Assembly (NCBI GenBank): GCA_963704755.1
Contig: OY969938.1
Location: 3,270,001 to 3,302,000 of the forward strand
Reading direction: 5' to 3'
Length of the DNA: 32,000 nucleotides
Origin: an uncultured Chloroflexia bacterium
GTDB lineage: Bacteria; Chloroflexota; Anaerolineae; Anaerolineales; Anaerolineaceae
Made by a program: the position numbers and the translations under genes. Below are positions 8,930 through 16,752 of this stretch, piece after piece. The notes below the pieces were generated by a model, which was not told the origin of the DNA, searched no databases, and worked only from the letters and a program-made list of their open reading frames with translations. Each line of letters opens with the position of its first letter. The stretch's first letter is position 1.

Positions 8930-9119
8930 ATAGATAAATTGTCCTTGTAAAATGCTCCCCAATCCAAGCCGGTGATCGATCCTATTGGAGGACCGCTTAT
9001 TTTGCCAGCGCAAATATAAATAAGGCAGTGTACCCAGCGACCCGGATAAGAGCAGAGTTGAACGCATGACCTGGCGCCCTGCGCTCATTGATCGGCCGCT
9101 GTGATTATACAATTAATTG

Positions 9120-9233
9120 CCCATTTTCTCAGGCTAGTTCGGAAAAGAGGGGTGTTTTTATTGTTTTTCGCGTGCGAAGCACGCGAAAAACAATAAAAAC
9201 ACCCCTCTTTTTTTGCAGCAGCCGAGTAGTTGC
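9120..9233. repeat. palindromic element P2 (core 9143-9211, centre GCGAAGC)
   Basis: The core is aaaagaggggtgtttttattgtttttcgcgtgc-gaa-gcacgcgaaaaacaataaaaacacccctctttt, with perfect 33-nt arms. The right flank ccgagtagttgc is shared with elements P3-P5. Confidence 0.8.
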
Positions 9234-9246
9234 GGATGGATTTAAA

Positions 9247-9576
9247 TTATTCGGCGAACATCTCTAATAAAATCGCCACAACATCACCCTGGGTAGTTTT
9301 ATCGATTCCTCCAAGCTTTTTTACCAGGCGGATCTTATCCACAGTGCGGATTTGATCCAGGACGATTTGCCCGGCTTTCCCTTCAAACTGGCAATTCACA
9401 CGGGTTGGGTAGTTTCGTCCTCTGGCCGTCATCGGGGCTACGATAACCGTTGCGATGTAATTGTTCATCTCATCTGGCGAGATGATAAGGCAGGGACGCG
9501 TTTTTTGGATCTCGCTTCCAATCGTGGGGTCCAGGTTGATAAGATAGACTTCGAACCGTTTGACTACCATGTCCAT
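9247..9576 (-). CDS. mazF: type II toxin, PemK/MazF family endoribonuclease
   Basis: The translation RFEVYLINLDPTIGSEIQKTRPCLIISPDEMN...VAPMT is the classic MazF/PemK N-terminus. The start overlaps the upstream antitoxin stop. The ATG at 9570 is an alternative start. Confidence 0.9.
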   Translation of the reverse strand: MDMVVKRFEVYLINLDPTIGSEIQKTRPCLIISPDEMNNYIATVIVAPMTARGRNYPTRVNCQFEGKAGQIVLDQIRTVDKIRLVKKLGGIDKTTQGDVVAILLEMFAE

Positions 9577-9824
9577 TCTTCCTCATCCCATTGAGTGGAA
9601 GCGGGCCCATCCAGTAAGTGGTCGTCACCCTGCCCTGCCATTCCGGCAAAGCGGTCGCCCCAACCCTGGCGTGGAAGGTGCGCTGCCTGGATGATGAGTT
9701 TATTTCCTTCGACTTTCATCTCGACCTCATCAATCAGCCCGGCCTGTTCCAAAATGGTATGAGGAATACGAATTCCGCGGGAATTACCGATTTTTACAAT
9801 TTTTGAACGGATGGTCATGTCCAT
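9564..9824 (-). CDS. mazE: AbrB/MazE/SpoVT family antitoxin
   Basis: IVKIGNSRGIRIPHTILEQAGL is the swapped-hairpin (SpoVT/AbrB) motif. The 86-aa product is encoded immediately upstream of mazF and overlaps it. Confidence 0.85.
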   Translation of the reverse strand: MDMTIRSKIVKIGNSRGIRIPHTILEQAGLIDEVEMKVEGNKLIIQAAHLPRQGWGDRFAGMAGQGDDHLLDGPASTQWDEEEWTW

Positions 9825-9845
9825 TGATTACCTCTTTGTGCATAT

Positions 9846-9874
9846 ATTGTATTTACGCGGAGGCTGTTCGTCAA
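9846..9874 (-). promoter_or_regulatory. mazEF promoter candidate
   Basis: On the minus strand, TTGACG (9869-9874), a 17-nt spacer and TACAAT (9846-9851) lie ~20 nt upstream of the ATG at 9824. Confidence 0.5.
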
Positions 9875-9926
9875 GTTTGAGCTTTAAGTTTCCTGTTTGC
9901 TGATCGGGGGAAGTATAAGAAAAATT

Positions 9927-10038
9927 GTAACTGCTCAACCTAACAGGGAAGGGCCCCGAATTTGAGGTGTTTGCGGGGGCGAAGCCCTCGCAAACACCTC
10001 AAATTCGGGGATTTTTTAACAGGAGCCTGAGTAGTTAC
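9927..10038. repeat. palindromic MITE/REP-like element P3 (core 9954-10010, centre GCGAAGC)
   Basis: The ends gtaactgctca (9927-9937) / tgagtagttac (10028-10038) are inverted repeats. The core is ccccgaatttgaggtgtttgcgggggc-gaa-gccctcgcaaacacctcaaattcgggg, with one mismatch. Confidence 0.8.
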
Positions 10039-10053
10039 GAAAAATTCAAAAAA

Positions 10054-10088
10054 AGAGGCTCTCCTAAAACAACTTTGGGACAGCCTCT
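10054..10088 (-). terminator. Rho-independent terminator candidate for the CPBP gene; hairpin with a conserved loop
   Basis: The stem agaggct / agcctct has the loop ctcctaaaacaactttgggac. The plus-strand A-run at 10046-10054 gives a T-run after the hairpin on the minus strand. A sister copy lies at 25652-25683. Confidence 0.5.
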
Positions 10089-10154
10089 TGGATGTTAATC
10101 CTCAAGCTATGTGCACTTGCGGTAGATACGGCCTGGTTCCGGCTAGAGATGGAA

Positions 10155-11084
10155 TCAATGGATGGGCTGCGGTTCGATTTCCCCTAACATCACGGGCGGC
10201 TCCTGGCTGGGCTGGTAGCCAAGCTGGCCACGGGTCAGGATAACGATCACCAGGGCCGGAATCCCAAAACCGATGAGGGCAGCCAGGTTCAGGCTGGTGG
10301 TGTCCAAGGCCAGGAAGAGCGGAACCAAAACAACCTGGGGAGTATTGACACTGGCATGCGCCAGAATCGAGATAAAGAGGCTGCCCTGGTTATGGTTAAA
10401 AATCCAGGTCAAGAGGATGGAGAGCGCCAATACCAGCAGCAGAAAAATGGGGAAGTTCGTCAGGAACGTAGCCCATCCGGTGCCAGGGCCACCCCCTTGT
10501 GCCGGGGTCAGGAAGTGCGGCAAATGCCAACAGGTCCATAAAACCCCCAGGAGCAAGGTGCCCCGCAAGGCGCCATAACGCGATTGCAAGCGCGGCAAAG
10601 CAAAGCCCCGCCAACCGATTTCTTCCCCCAGCGGGCCGCCGCCGAAGAAGACGGCGATAAAAGTGAAGGGATAACTCACCAGCAAGACAGGCTGAAGCCC
10701 CTGAAAGCTGGCCAGCGCGCCAGGGATGACGCAGATCCCAATCAGGATCAATGCCGGGATGCCCAGCAGGACGAACAGATACCACTGCCAGCTTGCACGC
10801 ACTTGCCTCAACCGATTCCGCAAGTGAAGCAGACCGGCCTTGCCCTCGGTGAGATTGGTCATGATGATGGCCGCTAAAGTTGGCCCGACAAAGGGGTTAA
10901 GAACGAAGGCGATCGTGTAATCCCCTTTGATGAGGCCCCAAACAGAGAGAATATAGGGGATCAAAATGATCCAGGAAAAAGCGTACGACATGAAAAAGAA
11001 AGAGAACAGCGGATGCTGGCGCATCACCTGTTGCAGCCTTCTTGCAGAAGATGCTGGCTGGCTGGATTCCTGTAAATTATTCAC
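10155..11084 (-). CDS. CPBP family intramembrane glutamic endopeptidase (CAAX protease-like)
   Basis: The product is polytopic. It has the CPBP motif 1 (GPLGEEIGWRGFALPRL) and downstream conserved His residues (WTCWHLPH, LAHASVN). The GTG start at 11084 is uncertain. Confidence 0.8.
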   Translation of the reverse strand: MNNLQESSQPASSARRLQQVMRQHPLFSFFFMSYAFSWIILIPYILSVWGLIKGDYTIAFVLNPFVGPTLAAIIMTNLTEGKAGLLHLRNRLRQVRASWQWYLFVLLGIPALILIGICVIPGALASFQGLQPVLLVSYPFTFIAVFFGGGPLGEEIGWRGFALPRLQSRYGALRGTLLLGVLWTCWHLPHFLTPAQGGGPGTGWATFLTNFPIFLLLVLALSILLTWIFNHNQGSLFISILAHASVNTPQVVLVPLFLALDTTSLNLAALIGFGIPALVIVILTRGQLGYQPSQEPPVMLGEIEPQPIH

Positions 11085-11496
11085 GAAATAATACCCTTCT
11101 GTGCCTGAGGATCAGTTTTTGTAGGCGCATTTTTATTTCCCCGCGCGTCAAACGAGCCAAAATTGCCCAAATTAAGTTATGGCGAGCCTGGGCAAAGCCC
11201 GCGGTCAGGTAATACGCGAATTGAGAAAAATGCTATTAAATCGTGCTGCTCTCCACCCGTCTATTGCACGCTATGATGGCCGTTTTTTCGCGATCGCGAG
11301 ATTCCTTTATTTCACTTTTTGCTTCATTGCATCCAGGACCGGCAGGACCGGTTTTGCGAAAACTGTGACCCTGGCATATTCTATTATATATGAAAGTCAT
11401 CGATTTGCCCCCCAGGGAATATCCCCGAAGCGGATGAATATTATAAATGTCTGTAACTGCCCAGCCTTCGTAGCGTAGGCGTCACCATTTTTTTTT

Positions 11497-11606
11497 GTGG
11501 CTGCTCAAGCAAGTTCAGAAGGGGAGGGTGTTTTTATTATTTTTGCACGCGAAGCGTGCAAAAATAATAAAAACACCTGGTTTAATTGCGACGGCTGAGG
11601 AGTTAC
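11497..11606. repeat. palindromic element P4 (core 11527-11577, centre GCGAAGC)
   Basis: The core is ggtgtttttattatttttgcacgc-gaa-gcgtgcaaaaataataaaaacacc. The ends are gtggctgctca / ctgaggagttac. Confidence 0.8.
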
Positions 11607-11728
11607 AAAAGGGCCGGCCCAATTGAGAAACTGGCGCTGCTGGTAAGTCACCGTCTGCCACAGCCCGCGTGTGCGCTCGAGGCGCCGGCCGGGCAGGGCG
11701 ATATCCTGGCTGCGGGCAAACAGAGGAG

Positions 11729-12376
11729 TCACAAGGTGGAGGAATCTTTCAGAAACGCCAGGGTCCGGTCCCAGGCCAGCACCGAAGCCGCCGGGTTGTA
11801 CGCGTCGGTTCGGTCGGGCTCGAAGAACCAGTGCCCCGTACCGGGGTAAGTATGGAAGGCCACCGGGCGGCCGGCGCGCTTTAACGATTCTTCCAGGCGG
11901 GCCACCTCGGCCGGTGATTCGAAAGGATCCGTTTCGGCAAAGTGCCCCAGGTAGGCGGCCTTTGATTTGCTGTAGTCGCCCGCCCCGCTGCCGTAAAAAA
12001 TGACCACCTTACGGATGAAGTCGGGATTGGCGGCGGCCAGGTCGAGGGCGAAATAGGCGCCCAGCGAGAACCCCATTACGGCCAGGCCGGCGCCGGCCAG
12101 TTCGTTGAGATACATTGCCGCTTCGGCGGCTTCGGTCCTGGCCTGGGATACGTTTTGGCGGAGCCTGTTGCTCAAGGCTTCTGCGGCAGGGATGGTGTCG
12201 GCGACTTTACCGTGATAGAGGTCGGGGGCAAAGGCCACGAAGCCGTTATCGGCCAGCCGCGTACAGAGGGCCTGGATGGTGTCATTCAACCCCCACCAGG
12301 CATGCAGAACCACTACCCCGGGTCCCGTACCGGTAGGTGGGGTAGCCAGAAAACCTTGTGGTTGCGTATGTGCCAT
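11729..12376 (-). CDS. dienelactone hydrolase family protein
   Basis: This 215-aa product has VVVLHAWWGLN, the nucleophile elbow GFSLGA, and C-terminal HTYPGTGHWF. A strong RBS (AAGGAG) lies 5 nt upstream of the ATG at 12376. Confidence 0.85.
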   Translation of the reverse strand: MAHTQPQGFLATPPTGTGPGVVVLHAWWGLNDTIQALCTRLADNGFVAFAPDLYHGKVADTIPAAEALSNRLRQNVSQARTEAAEAAMYLNELAGAGLAVMGFSLGAYFALDLAAANPDFIRKVVIFYGSGAGDYSKSKAAYLGHFAETDPFESPAEVARLEESLKRAGRPVAFHTYPGTGHWFFEPDRTDAYNPAASVLAWDRTLAFLKDSSTL

Positions 12377-12494
12377 GCGAACTCCTTATGATGATCAAAG
12401 TGTGAGGGAAAGAACGGGCGGTGCGACCAAAAGCGGGCGCATCGCTTTTGGGATGGCCTGGGAATTGGAATGAAAATCCCATAGACGTATGTAA

Positions 12495-12522
12495 ATTATA
12501 CAATTGCTCCAATGATTGTCTA
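12495..12522 (-). promoter_or_regulatory. promoter candidate for the dienelactone hydrolase gene (AATTGTATAATTT motif)
   Basis: On the minus strand, TAGACA (12517-12522), a 16-nt spacer and TATAAT (12495-12500) lie ~120 nt upstream of the ATG at 12376. Confidence 0.35.
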
Positions 12523-12732
12523 ATTTTTGAGGGCCTGGGTTTTTATTGACCACCCGAAAACACAGGCTGGTGATTTCTCCGCCGGCGGCCAGGCCGGTTC
12601 GCTAGAGCTGAATACCCATTCGATTTCTGGCCGGCGCATAGCGTAATCATGTTTTTGGTGGGTTCCGTGAACCGCTGCGCCGAATCGGTGATTTTCTTTA
12701 TTCGATCTTGGGTACAATTCATTTAAATACAC

Positions 12733-12839
12733 AACTGCTCCGGCTGACCTGGAGGAACCCTGAATTTCGGGTGTTTATGGGAGCGGCGTCCTCGCAAACA
12801 CCTTGAATTCGGGAACATTTTTCAGGGTACTGAGCAGTT
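12733..12839. repeat. degenerate palindromic element P5
   Basis: The ends aactgctc (12733-12740) / gagcagtt (12832-12839) are inverted. The core ccctgaatttcgggtgtttatggg...ctcgcaaacaccttgaattcggg is clearly related to P3 but is imperfect. Confidence 0.7.
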
Positions 12840-12865
12840 CCTTAACTAAAAAAACTGGTTACCCC

Positions 12866-13597
12866 ATGCCCTTTTTAAATTCAATCCGCACGATTGGCAA
12901 TATTGAAGATGAACGCAAATATCCATTTAACATTCCGGTGTTTTCAAGCGGGATCAATCTTGATTTCACCGCGAATGTCACCTTCTTTGTGGGCGAAAAT
13001 GGATCGGGAAAATCGACGCTGCTGGAGGCAATCGCGGAAAATTGCGGGTTCAATCCCTCGGGCGGGAACCGCAACCACACTTATCCATTTCGCAAAACCG
13101 AATCCGACCTGGGCTCGCTGCTGCGATTTTCGTGGTTCCCCAGGGTGACGGATGGCTTCTTTATGCGGGCGGAGAGTTTCTTCAACTTTGCCAGCTATAT
13201 CGATGACATGGCCAGCGATGATCCGGGGCTGTATGGCGCCTATGGCGGCAAGTCTTTGCATGGCCAATCGCATGGTGAGGCGTTCCTGGCGCTCTTCGAA
13301 AACCGGTTCAGGAAAGGCATCTACATATTAGACGAGCCAGAGGCGGCCTTATCCCCCAAAAGACAATTATCTCTGCTGGTGATTATCCATGAACTCGAGA
13401 AATCCGGCAACGCCCAGTTCATCATCGCCACCCATTCGCCGATCCTCCTCAGTTATCCCGGGGCGCTGATCTACAGTTTCGATCAAAATCCCATCACGCC
13501 GGTCGAGTATAAGGACACCGAACATTATCAAATCACCCACGAGTTTTTGGCGAACCCCGAGCTCTTTTATCGACACCTGTTCGCGGAGGATGAATAG
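12866..13597 (+). CDS. stand-alone ABC-type / AAA family ATPase (COG3910-like)
   Basis: It has Walker A FFVGENGSGKSTLLEAIA (nt ~12992-13018), Walker B IYILDEPEAALSP and an H-loop IIATHSPILL. I prefer the ATG at 12866 because the TTG at 12803 lies inside repeat P5. Confidence 0.8.
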   Translation: MPFLNSIRTIGNIEDERKYPFNIPVFSSGINLDFTANVTFFVGENGSGKSTLLEAIAENCGFNPSGGNRNHTYPFRKTESDLGSLLRFSWFPRVTDGFFMRAESFFNFASYIDDMASDDPGLYGAYGGKSLHGQSHGEAFLALFENRFRKGIYILDEPEAALSPKRQLSLLVIIHELEKSGNAQFIIATHSPILLSYPGALIYSFDQNPITPVEYKDTEHYQITHEFLANPELFYRHLFAEDE

Positions 13598-13615
13598 TTT
13601 CGTCAGGCCGGCGGG

Positions 13616-14074
13616 TTATTGAATGGTTTCCACCCGGAATACCGGATAGTTGGGAGCGATTTCCTCGAATTCCGAGGTCGGCGCATCTTTGTGAACGGGG
13701 ATGTGCGGGCGCGCCCCCGGCGCAATTTGCAGATAAGCCTTCAGGATCGGCGCTCTTGCGCGGATATCCACCTCTTCCAGGCGGACCTGCTCGCTGACCC
13801 CATGGACAAGTTTTGCCCGTCCATGGGCTGCCCTGACGTTGCGCACCCAGTTCGCCTCCGCGCCCAACATGGATACCAGGTAGCGCTCTCCGTTCATCTG
13901 GACCATCGCCAGCGGGAAGCTGACCAGTTTTCCGGATTTTCTGCCCGCCACCTCCAGGGTGACGAAACCGGCGGGGAGTATCCCCAACGAATGGAGGGCG
14001 GCCCAGCCCCGGTTGAGGATTTTGGCCAGGGTGTGCGGGCGTCCCCCTCGGTATAGCCAGCGTTTCAATGCCAT
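13616..14074 (-). CDS. deazaflavin (F420)-dependent nitroreductase (DDN) / PNPOx-like family protein
   Basis: This 152-aa product contains TLEVAGRKSGKLVSFPLAMVQMNGERYLVSMLGAEANWVRNVRA, typical of the DDN / split beta-barrel family. Confidence 0.75.
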   Translation of the reverse strand: MALKRWLYRGGRPHTLAKILNRGWAALHSLGILPAGFVTLEVAGRKSGKLVSFPLAMVQMNGERYLVSMLGAEANWVRNVRAAHGRAKLVHGVSEQVRLEEVDIRARAPILKAYLQIAPGARPHIPVHKDAPTSEFEEIAPNYPVFRVETIQ

Positions 14075-14460
14075 GATAAATCTCCAAAGACCTGTTTTAT
14101 GATCTATGCTGCGATCATAACTGATCTACGATAAATTTCCAGGTAAGTTCCAAAATGGCGGTCATGTTTTGGAGCTCGTTGGAGACGCAGGTGAGGAGCG
14201 CCTATGATTTCGCCTCCCGGCTGGACGGGGACGTGCAGGTTCTGGCCGTGGGCGGATTGGTGGAGGGGGAGGAGGTTCGTGGAAGGGCAGATAAAATACT
14301 CTTGAGTATATTAGATGCGATCAAAATTGTGCCTCTCCTACTTTTAACTGCCATATCGAGCAGGTAAACGATTTGGTGGTAGAAAATTAAATCTTAATTG
14401 GGCTGAAAAGAGAATATTGGAATCAGTTCAGCACTCAAGAATGCGAGAAAATTATACAAG

Positions 14461-16563
14461 CTATACATCTATAGATTGCAAATATTTTATCAATTTTTCG
14501 GAAGTCATTCCTTTACGCAAGTCAATGTAAGAAACACCAAGATGTTCGCTAATTTTATCTGGTTGGAGAAAATACATTACCCCTGATAACGTGATAATTT
14601 GATCGTCAATTAATTTTTGTAATATAGCAGAACCTGTTTGGTTTTTCAATATTCTCACATGCTCAATTTTGTCTTTAAATCTTGCCATTTTACCTTTGCT
14701 ATGTGAACGAAATTCCATTAGTATCCGCTTTAGTCGAAAATACTTCTCAGTAATTTTAAGATCAGGTGGAAGGCTCTCAATTTTAATTGCATATTTTATT
14801 GCTGGATATGATAAAACATTTAAATTATCAGAAATTAACAATAAATTTACCTCATTCAAAATAATGCTTTCTAGATGAGATTCAATAATTGGGGCTTGAA
14901 GCAATACATCCAAAGTGGTGTTTTTTTTCCAATCAGTCGTTTTTGAGTGGCGAAGTATTAAGGAGTTGGCGTTTAATTTTATATTTTTGGCTGAAATTTC
15001 AACAGGGGTGGTGAACTCTAATTCTTGACTTCCCGAAAAAATGACATTGCATGGCAAAAATATATTAGTGTTAGACAATCGATCTCCCAAATTTATTGTA
15101 ATGTTATTCTCTAAAGTAGATGTAAAGCTAAAAGTTTTTGTTACATTACGTTCAGGCCCAATTAAGATCTCAATTTCGATTAAAAAAGGGACCGGCAATA
15201 TTTCGTCTGAGTCTAAACCGTCGACATTTATTTCTACGGAAGTGGTTGGGGAGGTAAATTCAAGAGCAGAGCTGATAATAATGTGCAAATAATCTGCAGG
15301 TAAATAATTGTTATGCGCGAAATAATTTAGAAAATAAATCAAATGATAGCTATATTTATTGGATTGCAAATATTCTAAAACAAGTTGTTTGCTTTCAGGT
15401 CTGCACGATGTCATTAATTTGGCAATAGCTACTGCCTCAAAAACAACATTGCGAAAACCTCTTCCAGAGATAAACGGATGCTCTGGCAACCATGACTTTA
15501 GAGCTTCTTCATATTTTTCATTAATATGTTGCTCTTCTATGATTTGCAGATTTATGGTTTTATTTAATAAGTAAGCAATAAGGCGAATGCATTGTTCTTC
15601 TTCGCCGAATGCATTCGTATATATTTGGTCTTGCAATTGATTTGACATGTCTGAAACCAAATTACTTAGTATATTAACTTTTACTTTTTGGTCCTTTTCT
15701 CGTTGGAGTATGTAATCTGATATTCTAACTAGCAAGTCAATTTCAACATCATGTCCATCGGGGTTTTTGATTTGATTTAACAGTTTGTAGTAATTTCTTT
15801 CTTCGAACAACAGAGTAACAATAGCATCCAAAACAGGAGGATAACCAATAAAAGATAAAAAGTCGTTGTTCTCCTTTCCAACAAACGCATTACCAAGCAT
15901 TTGTAATATGTAGTTTCTTACTTCTTTGTATTGTGCAAGATCTTTGCTTTTATCAATATTTACGTATTGGTCAATATACCTTTCTGCACTGGCAATATCA
16001 AAAGGAAGGATAGATATTAATCCAGTGCTTATACCTTTTTCCATAAAATAAAGCCAACAATCTTCAAGAGTCTTTGTACGCCCTAGCAAAACAAAACTTG
16101 TACCTACTGACAAATTTCCACACAACTGGCATATGTTATCTAAAAATGCCTCGAAAGCCTTTTCTTTTGTCTTAGAACGTCCTTCGTCAATTCCATCGAT
16201 GATCATTCCATAAGTGCTATTTTCAAGCCCAAGGAATATTTGACTTAAATCTTCAGTTTTAAATGATGTAGTAATAATGCCAGTAAGGGTGTTATCACCA
16301 ACAGGCTTATGTTTGCTCAGATCTAATATAGGTAAACCAGTTTGATTTGATAATACTTGCGCCAAAGCTGTTTTTCCAGTAGCGCCAACTGCTGAAACTA
16401 ATATAACTCTTGGTTTTTCTTCATCGAAAATAACTTTAGATAGACTTGGTTCTATGTATGGTTTTTCCCATGGTTGTGCAATATACAAAGATTCAGTTGC
16501 CAATCGGAGCTTAAAAGGCATTTTTTTTGCTGAAAATATCGATTTCAATCCATAAAAATTCAT
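14461..16563 (-). CDS. STAND (NACHT-like) P-loop NTPase, 700 aa, no recognisable effector or repeat domain
   Basis: It has Walker A AVGATGKT (residues 58-65, nt 16369-16392) and Walker B GMIIDGIDEG (nt 16183-16206), the hhhhDGhDE form typical of NACHT/STAND proteins. FVLLGRTK follows and has a sensor-1-like Arg. A GGAG RBS (caggagaaagaaATG) precedes the start. Sampled lines of the gene are roughly 30% GC, against ~60% in the flanks. Confidence 0.8.
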   Translation of the reverse strand: MNFYGLKSIFSAKKMPFKLRLATESLYIAQPWEKPYIEPSLSKVIFDEEKPRVILVSAVGATGKTALAQVLSNQTGLPILDLSKHKPVGDNTLTGIITTSFKTEDLSQIFLGLENSTYGMIIDGIDEGRSKTKEKAFEAFLDNICQLCGNLSVGTSFVLLGRTKTLEDCWLYFMEKGISTGLISILPFDIASAERYIDQYVNIDKSKDLAQYKEVRNYILQMLGNAFVGKENNDFLSFIGYPPVLDAIVTLLFEERNYYKLLNQIKNPDGHDVEIDLLVRISDYILQREKDQKVKVNILSNLVSDMSNQLQDQIYTNAFGEEEQCIRLIAYLLNKTINLQIIEEQHINEKYEEALKSWLPEHPFISGRGFRNVVFEAVAIAKLMTSCRPESKQLVLEYLQSNKYSYHLIYFLNYFAHNNYLPADYLHIIISSALEFTSPTTSVEINVDGLDSDEILPVPFLIEIEILIGPERNVTKTFSFTSTLENNITINLGDRLSNTNIFLPCNVIFSGSQELEFTTPVEISAKNIKLNANSLILRHSKTTDWKKNTTLDVLLQAPIIESHLESIILNEVNLLLISDNLNVLSYPAIKYAIKIESLPPDLKITEKYFRLKRILMEFRSHSKGKMARFKDKIEHVRILKNQTGSAILQKLIDDQIITLSGVMYFLQPDKISEHLGVSYIDLRKGMTSEKLIKYLQSIDV

Positions 16564-16723
16564 TTCTTTCTCCTGTGAATTAAAGTTGTAATTTAACGAA
16601 CAATAAGTTGTATCGTTAATGTAGCTGTTATGAAAATTAAATAGGGTTTGATCTAGATTTATCTGTGCTATTGCGGAAAAGTCGGTAATAAGAAAAACAA
16701 CGTCCCCCTTTCTCCCAATTAAA

Positions 16724-16752
16724 ATTATACAATTTTCTTACAGGTTTTTCAA
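16724..16752 (-). promoter_or_regulatory. promoter candidate of the STAND NTPase gene (AATTGTATAATTT motif)
   Basis: On the minus strand, TTGAAA (16747-16752), a 17-nt spacer and TATAAT (16724-16729) lie ~160 nt upstream of the ATG at 16563. Confidence 0.45.

Noticed and set aside
8930-9112. N-terminal extension of the DUF364 ORF up to a TTG at 9112.
   Set aside because: The TTG lies inside the TTGTATAAT promoter-like box. The extension (MYNHSGRSMSAGRQ...) has no counterpart in the family as I remember it. I treat it as a 5' leader. I looked for riboswitch-like features and could not recognise any.
11179-11478. A 99-aa plus-strand ORF in the CPBP-DLH spacer.
   Set aside because: It has no RBS, a composition atypical for coding sequence in this genome, and no motif. 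The region more likely holds the CPBP promoter and leader; two TATAAT boxes lie on the minus strand at ~11382 and ~11438.
13533-14087. A 184-aa minus-strand ORF in an alternative frame over the DDN-family gene.
   Set aside because: The translation is Pro/Gly/Arg-rich nonsense. The 152-aa frame (13616..14074) carries the family motifs.
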